64,000 nucleotides of DNA, taken from NCBI GenBank assembly GCA_963810095.1, contig CAWEMM010000006.1:736001-800000 (forward strand), read 5' to 3'. The stretch is from an uncultured Chloroflexia bacterium (GTDB lineage: Bacteria; Chloroflexota; Anaerolineae; CG2-30-64-16). Position 1 is the stretch's first letter. The number at the start of each line of letters is the position of its first letter. A program made the translations under genes and the position numbers. Of this stretch, positions 62,779 to 64,000 are shown one piece after another. The notes under the pieces were generated by a model. The model made no database searches. It was not told the origin of the DNA and was given only the letters and a program-made list of their open reading frames with translations.

Positions 62779-64000
62779 TTACGCGTGCAGCACGGCCCCT
62801 ACTTCCCGCTCCAGCCGTGCGACGATTTTCTGCCGCGCCTTTGCCGTGTCCTCGGCCGTCAGCGTGCGGTCAGGCGCCTGGAACGTCAACGAGTAGGCCA
62901 GGCTCTTCTTGCCGGCCGGCACTTGACCCCCGCGATAGACGTCGAACAGCCGCACATCGACCAACAGCTTCCCGCCCGACTGGCGGATGAGCGCCGCGAC
63001 CTGCCCGGCCGGGACCGCCTCGTCGACAATGAGCGCCAGGTCCTCGAACACCGCAGGCTGAGAAGAGAACGCGTCCATCTCCTGCTTCGCGCCCCATCCT
63101 GCCACCAGTGCCTCCAGGTCGAGTTCCATCACCGTCACGGGCAGGTTCGGGATATCGAAACTGGCCCGCACCTGGGGGTGCAGCTCGCCGATGATCCCGA
63201 CCTCCGTCCCGTGGACCAGCACCCGCGCTGTCCGGCCCGGATGGAGTGCGGGGTGGCTTCCGCGTTCCCACACGACATCCTCCACGCCCAGCCGGGCGAT
63301 CAGTGTCTCGAGCACGCCCTTCAGGTCGAAGAACCCCATTGTGTCGGCGTCGTGCTTGAGCCACGTGCCGCCCTCTCGGGGGCCGGCGAGGAGCGCGGCA
63401 ACGCGCCTCGGCTCAGCAGGTAGCTCTTCGTCGGGCCGCGGCAGGTAGACCCGGCCCACCTCGAAGATGCCCACCCGCTCGACGAAGCGCAGATTTTCCT
63501 GCGCCGTCTCGAGCAGCGACGGCAGCAGGGTCACGCGCAACTGCCCGCGCTCGACCGTCAGCGGGTTGAGCACGGTTACATGTGGCGCTTGGGGCAGGCC
63601 GAGCTTGGCCTCGTCACGCACGTCGATCATCGAATAGGTGATCACCTCGTCCAGCCCGCAGCCGACCAGGACGTCGCGCACCTTCTCTTCAGCTTCCAGC
63701 CGCACGTTGCGCTGCGTCTGGGGTAATTCGTCCTGCAGCAGCGTGGCCGGCAGCCGGTCGTAGCCGTAGATGCGCCCGATCTCTTCCACCAGGTCGGCCG
63801 GGATGTTGACGTCCTGGCGGTGCGTCGGGACGCCCACGCTCAGGCACGCGCCAGACCGGTCAACCGTGAACTCGAGCGCCTCGAGGATGCGGACCATGTC
63901 GGCCGCGGCGAGGTCGATGCCTAGCAGGCGGTTTGTGTAGACCGGATCCAGCTCGATCTGCTTCGGCTCCGGCTGGCCGGGATAGCCGTCGCCATACACC
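62779..64000 (-). CDS. pheT: Phenylalanine-tRNA ligase beta subunit (5' part outside the window)
   Basis: DLVEEIGRIYGYD, NPL...LR.TLLPSLL, LHPGRTA, and FDX-ACB domain FDVYRG..KKSLAYSL. Confidence 0.96.
   Translation of the reverse strand, partial: VYGDGYPGQPEPKQIELDPVYTNRLLGIDLAAADMVRILEALEFTVDRSGACLSVGVPTHRQDVNIPADLVEEIGRIYGYDRLPATLLQDELPQTQRNVRLEAEEKVRDVLVGCGLDEVITYSMIDVRDEAKLGLPQAPHVTVLNPLTVERGQLRVTLLPSLLETAQENLRFVERVGIFEVGRVYLPRPDEELPAEPRRVAALLAGPREGGTWLKHDADTMGFFDLKGVLETLIARLGVEDVVWERGSHPALHPGRTARVLVHGTEVGIIGELHPQVRASFDIPNLPVTVMELDLEALVAGWGAKQEMDAFSSQPAVFEDLALIVDEAVPAGQVAALIRQSGGKLLVDVRLFDVYRGGQVPAGKKSLAYSLTFQAPDRTLTAEDTAKARQKIVARLEREVGAVLHA

Noticed and set aside
1-64000. tRNA, rRNA, IS, prophage or defence genes
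   Set aside because: None recognisable by eye; tRNAscan and Rfam could not be run.

Overview
GC-rich bacterial chromosome segment. Gene content and style suggest an anaerobic Chloroflexota (Anaerolineae/Caldilineae-like) genome, probably a long-read assembly; this placement is inference. It carries mostly housekeeping and metabolic genes: degV, pth, mfd, three acyl-CoA ligases, a CoA-transferase, a Lon-like protease, a MoxR/DUF58/DUF4129 operon, S9 and C69 peptidases, a class A PBP, surE, a B12-radical SAM enzyme, clpB, ilvE, a MacAB-like exporter with a NarL-type two-component system, aldehyde:ferredoxin oxidoreductase and partial pheT. I saw no tRNA, rRNA, CRISPR array, transposase or integrase. 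The most unusual feature is a stand-alone 107-aa secreted ORF (46880-47203) with four cores F-F/Y-x-D-S-G-A-H/Y-R spaced exactly 20 aa apart, which looks like a multi-core peptide precursor. At least six families of short palindromic repeats are present, three of them also in-frame inside genes. Other observations are a cysteine-less MvhD-like fusion gene with Rex-like boxes shared with the AOR operon, phased 11-bp repeats at the clpB promoter, and about 13 single-base frameshifts, 10 of which sit next to CGCG (probable methylation-linked sequencing errors).
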